This document shows positions 59,796-64,000 of a DNA stretch of 64,000 nucleotides, in pieces. The position numbers and the translations under genes are program-made. Source of the DNA: a virus (lineage: Duplodnaviria > Caudoviricetes). Within the stretch, counting starts at the first letter, position 1. Each line of letters starts with the position of its first letter. Under the pieces are notes generated by a model. It worked only from the letters and a program-made list of their open reading frames with translations. It was not told where the DNA came from and made no database searches. The stretch spans positions 17,460-81,459 of the IMG/VR virus record IMGVR_UViG_3300012020_000005; one strand, written 5' to 3'.

Positions 59796-60103
59796 CTAGC
59801 TACAACATCTTTATCACTTTCAAATTGGTCGGGTCTGTCTTTACCTTTGTATTCCGCATACATTCCTTGTACTCTTTCAAATCCCCAATATAAACATAAA
59901 GGAACAAAAAGTAGTACAAAATACTGAAACCATAAAGCTTCTTCCATTTTAAATGTTAATTTTAACAACGGGGCAAAACCCGTAATTAAAAAAATACTAT
60001 AAAATATATGTTTATACCATTTGTTTTTTACTATTTTTTTCTTACTTTTCATATCTTGAAAATATGAAAGAAAAACTTTTCTAATGTATTCTATTTTTTC
60101 CAT
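59744..60103 (-). CDS. Membrane protein
   Basis: Three hydrophobic segments. Confidence 0.55.
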   Translation of the reverse strand: MEKIEYIRKVFLSYFQDMKSKKKIVKNKWYKHIFYSIFLITGFAPLLKLTFKMEEALWFQYFVLLFVPLCLYWGFERVQGMYAEYKGKDRPDQFESDKDVVASWLISSIIGIIIYTFIC

Positions 60104-61617
60104 TATTTTTTATAAATTTTTTGTGTGTATACTACTCCATTTACATTTGTAACCTTTATGATATAATATCCTCTTCTCACTCCTGTTAAATCATTTGTAG
60201 TTCTGACTAACTGACCTTTCATATTATAAACAGCTATTGTATAATTTGTTAGATTATTAACAATAATTGTAGTTCCTTGTAAAAATATACTCACTGTAAG
60301 TGGTGGTTGTGCTACATTTCCTTTTGTATAAGTTAAATTCAAATTATTTATTCCTTTTGTTGCATCCCAAACTCCTGTATTAGCTAATTGTATAGAGTGT
60401 AAGATATTTCCATTATTATCAGGCAGGTTTAGAAATAAACTATACTCTCCTTCTCCTAAGTTATTTACAAGGTCTTGCGTTATTTGTATTGTTTCTCCCG
60501 CATTCCATTTTCTAATATCAGTATTGAATTCAAATGAAAATTGAGTATTTGTATTTGTGTTTTTTGCTATTAATATTACTTTTCTTTGGTTAAATATATT
60601 AGCAAAGCCAACATTTTTAATATTTATTGTTAATACTCCATCTGTTATTGTAGAACTTACTAATTCAAACCTGTAACCTAATCTTCTTGCTATTTCATTA
60701 TAGCACCCACCTGTTTGCCATAACGTAATTACATCAGGATGATAGCCAAAATTTAAATAGTTGTAATGAAATCTTGTTAGCCAACTAAAAACAACAGAAC
60801 AGTCTTGTTTTGCAGGAAATAGTGCATTTGATTCTCCGCCACAAAAAGTATATTTAGATTGAACATCTAAGTAAGGATACTCTGTTGATGTGCTTTTATA
60901 AGTACCTGAATCTGAATTAGATGATAAAAAGGCATCATTATGTAATCCTATTCTTGAATTTACACTTCCATTATAAGCTGTGGTGTTTGAAATTGGCGTT
61001 GTTCCTCCTATCATTTGTTGAAAATACGGAGTTCTAAACATTACCATTCTTGTTGGTGCAAGTTCCATTATCTTTAGTCCTACTTCCTTTCTATCTGCAA
61101 TATTTTGAGTAGTTAAAACTCCCTTATTCCCAAAGTTTGTAGTGTAATACCACTCTCCATATTGTCCTATAAATCCTGCTTCTACAACATGAATTACATC
61201 TTGGTTAGCTAATGTTATAGGTTTTAGTTGTTCTATATGAGATAATATTATGGCTTTTGTTGCATCTACGGCATCTGTTTCTGTATATCTAAATCGTAAA
61301 ACACATTTTACACCAGCAGTTCTTAAAGTGTTAAAATCTGTTTGAATATTATCTAAAAATGTTTGCGAAATAGGTGTGGTTTTAAAAGCACCTAAATCGT
61401 AAATTCTAAGTACTAAAGTAATTTTATCTGTATTTTTATATCCTTTTAACGTAGAAGAAGATAAAAATGAAAAAGTAGTTGTACTTTCTGCCTTTGAGTA
61501 TTTATACCAACCTCTTTCGGGATTTGTAAAATTTTCTGTTGATGGCGTGTAAGTAATTGTTTGACTTTGTGTTGCCATAGTTGATAATATAAGTAGTAAT
61601 ATTAATAGTTTTTTCAT
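60103..61617 (-). CDS. Secreted DUF4874/DUF4832-like glycoside-hydrolase-type protein with T9SS C-terminal sorting domain
   Basis: Signal peptide; NPERGWY, LRF.Y, AGFIG..GEW.Y, RIGLHND.FL, GGE, H..YLN, RRLGYRF; C-terminal VYNMKGQLV...GYYIIKV...TQKIYKK. Confidence 0.75.
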   Translation of the reverse strand: MKKLLILLLILSTMATQSQTITYTPSTENFTNPERGWYKYSKAESTTTFSFLSSSTLKGYKNTDKITLVLRIYDLGAFKTTPISQTFLDNIQTDFNTLRTAGVKCVLRFRYTETDAVDATKAIILSHIEQLKPITLANQDVIHVVEAGFIGQYGEWYYTTNFGNKGVLTTQNIADRKEVGLKIMELAPTRMVMFRTPYFQQMIGGTTPISNTTAYNGSVNSRIGLHNDAFLSSNSDSGTYKSTSTEYPYLDVQSKYTFCGGESNALFPAKQDCSVVFSWLTRFHYNYLNFGYHPDVITLWQTGGCYNEIARRLGYRFELVSSTITDGVLTINIKNVGFANIFNQRKVILIAKNTNTNTQFSFEFNTDIRKWNAGETIQITQDLVNNLGEGEYSLFLNLPDNNGNILHSIQLANTGVWDATKGINNLNLTYTKGNVAQPPLTVSIFLQGTTIIVNNLTNYTIAVYNMKGQLVRTTNDLTGVRRGYYIIKVTNVNGVVYTQKIYKK

Positions 61618-61734
61618 TATTTTTGCTTTTAATTTGATTAGGGGATTTCTCCCCCAATCAGCCCAAGTACGCTTCCAGCAAGCTACCTACTGCACTGGAA
61701 TTGTTTCTTTAATTATGATTTATAAATTCATTTT

Positions 61735-61914
61735 CTAAGCGATTACCACCCCCAAATTAATAAAGCAGCCACCGAACAAAAAGCCAGAAAACAAACCATT
61801 CATTTTCAAAAGCTAAAAGCAAAGCGATAAACAAACAAAAAATGTAAATTGCTATTTTCAAACTAAATTAGCGATTGCTAGTATTGAAATAATTATTGAT
61901 AATGCGGTGGACAT
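61735..61914 (-). pseudogene. Small membrane protein gene with a probable 1-nt frameshift
   Basis: MSTALSIIISILAIANLV then, in a shifted frame, KIAIYIFCLFIALLLAFENEWFVFWLLFGG...*. Confidence 0.3.
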
Positions 61915-62304
61915 TTATAAGTTACTTATAGCCTCTTGAATCTTTGCATCTACATAGCTTTTAGGTACTAATGTGTTTTCGTCAATATCCATACTATTCC
62001 CGTAAACTATACCTTTGAAATTAGCATTATTTGAAGATACTTGAATAAAATCTTGTGCAACGTATAAAACAGTTACCTTACTTAAATCAGAACTAATCGC
62101 TTTTAAACTAGCCAAGCCACCGTTTAAACCAACTAAAGATATATTTCCGTTGGTGTCTTTACTAACTAAAGAAACTTTATACTGCTCATCCGTTGTGTCT
62201 ATATGAGCAAATCCTAAAAAATGCTCAATATTATCTGCATCTTTAAAGTATATTTTTCTTTGCTCCCCGTCCAAAAATCCGAAATCTAAATTTTCTGTTA
62301 TCAT
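61915..62304 (-). CDS. Hypothetical structural protein
   Basis: 129 aa ending in LVPKSYVD, a motif common in tail-fibre linkers. Confidence 0.55.
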   Translation of the reverse strand: MITENLDFGFLDGEQRKIYFKDADNIEHFLGFAHIDTTDEQYKVSLVSKDTNGNISLVGLNGGLASLKAISSDLSKVTVLYVAQDFIQVSSNNANFKGIVYGNSMDIDENTLVPKSYVDAKIQEAISNL

Positions 62305-62316
62305 GTTTATTTATTT

Positions 62317-63432
62317 TTAAAGTTTAATTTCAAATTGAATTGGAGTTTCCATTAATATTCCGTCTACCCTGTCTCCACCCCCATCTACTGTGGTAATTCT
62401 TATAGTTGAATTATCAACTTTTTGCATATAATAAAAAGTGGTAGTATCTGATTGAGCAAATCCTTGAATAATAGGCATGAATAAATTTACAAAATTACCA
62501 TTTGATTTTATGTAGTAAAATCCTGTTCCGCTTTCAGAAACAATATTTTTTTCAAACCAAAAATCACTTAATCCAAAATTAGCATTTACTACAGGCGCGC
62601 CATTATTCCACCCCAATTCACTACCATTCCCCCAAGTCGGAGCAACGCCATTAGCAATCCATTTCGTTCCAATAGTATTATTAGGTGCGCCACTAGGTGT
62701 GAAATCATCCCCTGTTTCAAAGGCTACTATTTCATAAGTAACGCCTTGAGTAAGCGTTCCACTCGTTGCCGTTTGAGGGTCGTCGCCTCCTGATTGGGAT
62801 AGAAGGAATTTGTATTGTTTTGTTCCGCTTTCAAGTGCAATAGTCCCACTAGCATCGGGTAAACTATAATTCCTATTATCAGTCAATAAAGCCTTATCAA
62901 AATTAGCTTGATTTGCTCCTGTATTTTCAAAAAAGAATATAGGGTTACCACTACCATCGGTAAATGTAATATCGTCTGCACTGCTTCTAAATTCAGATGC
63001 TTTAATATAGTTACTTATTTCTATTGCGTTGGTTGTGGTATTGCCGTTGTCGGTTACTTGTTGGAGAGTGCCACTACCTCCACCACTCCATAACTTCCCA
63101 TCACTCCCTAATTCAATTGAATTGTCAGAGTCGGTTGAGATTAAATCTATAATAGGGGCTGTCCCGCCCCCATTAAAATTTCCTGTGTTCTGTGTATAAA
63201 AAGTGTCAAATTCATCAGAGGTGTATGGGCTACCATCTTCTTTTAAAATTTGGTCAATGGTTAAGCCTGTCCCTTCTTTTAAATCTAATATATTAAAAAA
63301 TCTGTATGCTGCTCTATTTGTATTACTTTTATCTACCATTACATCTTTAGCTCTACCATAAAAAGTTTCAGACGTAATATTATCAGTAACTACTATATAG
63401 TTATTTTTTTTGTATATTTTATATTTTTTCAT
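62317..63432 (-). CDS. Putative tail-fibre protein
   Basis: IS.D.DN.I.LGSDG, TLQQVTD.GNTTTN, Y.LPDASGTIAL repeats typical of Bacteroidota phage fibres. Confidence 0.65.
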   Translation of the reverse strand: MKKYKIYKKNNYIVVTDNITSETFYGRAKDVMVDKSNTNRAAYRFFNILDLKEGTGLTIDQILKEDGSPYTSDEFDTFYTQNTGNFNGGGTAPIIDLISTDSDNSIELGSDGKLWSGGGSGTLQQVTDNGNTTTNAIEISNYIKASEFRSSADDITFTDGSGNPIFFFENTGANQANFDKALLTDNRNYSLPDASGTIALESGTKQYKFLLSQSGGDDPQTATSGTLTQGVTYEIVAFETGDDFTPSGAPNNTIGTKWIANGVAPTWGNGSELGWNNGAPVVNANFGLSDFWFEKNIVSESGTGFYYIKSNGNFVNLFMPIIQGFAQSDTTTFYYMQKVDNSTIRITTVDGGGDRVDGILMETPIQFEIKL

Positions 63433-63444
63433 TGAAATATTTAT

Positions 63445-63894
63445 TTAATAATTACTATTTTTCCAATAACAAGATGTGATTACTTCTTCGTTTGAACAAT
63501 TATATTGTTCTGTGTAACATTTTAGTAGTTCTGATATTTTTTTCTTCTTTATTAATTTAAAATCATAACCTAGAACTACCATAATTGATAAAAACTCTCT
63601 GTCTATCTCTTTACCTACATAACCAAATGAGTTTCTTCTATCATGACCAAATGCTCCAACTTCAAAAATGGTATGTGAAAATCTTTCCTTAACGAATGTA
63701 GCTCCATCATAGCTAAATTTTCCCATTATAAAATCAATCCATGTTTCAGCAAACAATTCCCTAATAGGATGTACCTCAGGCAATACTTCCAACTCCTTAA
63801 GCATTGAGTTGTACCCTATTCGTATTTCGGCTTCCGAAAAATCATTGAAATATCTTGACTTAATTATCATAATTATTCTGAATGTAATTCGCAA
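63445..63894 (-). CDS. Hypothetical protein (DUF1353-like)
   Basis: F.YDGAT...GAFGHD motif. Confidence 0.4.
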   Translation of the reverse strand: MRITFRIIMIIKSRYFNDFSEAEIRIGYNSMLKELEVLPEVHPIRELFAETWIDFIMGKFSYDGATFVKERFSHTIFEVGAFGHDRRNSFGYVGKEIDREFLSIMVVLGYDFKLIKKKKISELLKCYTEQYNCSNEEVITSCYWKNSNY

Positions 63895-64000
63895 TATAAT
63901 TCAAAGCAATATCTAAATAAGATTGAATAAAAGGATAGCTTACTGTTGTTTGCGATAACTCATAGTGAGCTGTCATCCAATCTCCATTTTGACTAATTCT

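Noticed and set aside
1-64000. Stop-codon reassignment as in some crAss-like phages; tRNA genes
   Set aside because: Very long ORFs are open in the standard code and end in TAA or TAG. No cloverleaf-like sequence was noticed.

Overview
AT-rich, standard-code fragment of a large Bacteroidota (probably Flavobacteriia) phage with a crAss-like podovirus virion module. Genes from about 120 to 16,830 are on the + strand: small accessory genes, six DNA methyltransferases, a VirE-N/primase-like protein, a metallophosphoesterase and an HNH nuclease. Genes from about 16,870 to 63,900 are on the - strand: small accessory genes, giant internal/ejection proteins, a virion lytic transglycosylase, tail stabilization and ring proteins, tail-fibre-like proteins and a T9SS-type secreted glycoside-hydrolase-like protein. 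The main result is at 1-7,357, an integron-like array of 11 cassettes. It has ten complete AAC...GTT hairpin sites, one site cut by the window start and one terminal half-site. Each cassette's first ~13-16 nt are complementary to its own last ~13-16 nt, with a near-invariant G:T at position 11. Six cassettes carry a methyltransferase and one is an empty GC-rich unit. Several sequence features indicate the hairpin travels with the downstream gene and in four cases encodes its N-terminus, the reverse of classical integron polarity. No integrase is visible in the window. A compact tnpB-only IS200/IS605 element interrupts a small gene at about 31.8-32.9 kb. All family assignments come from motif recognition by eye; no database searches were run.
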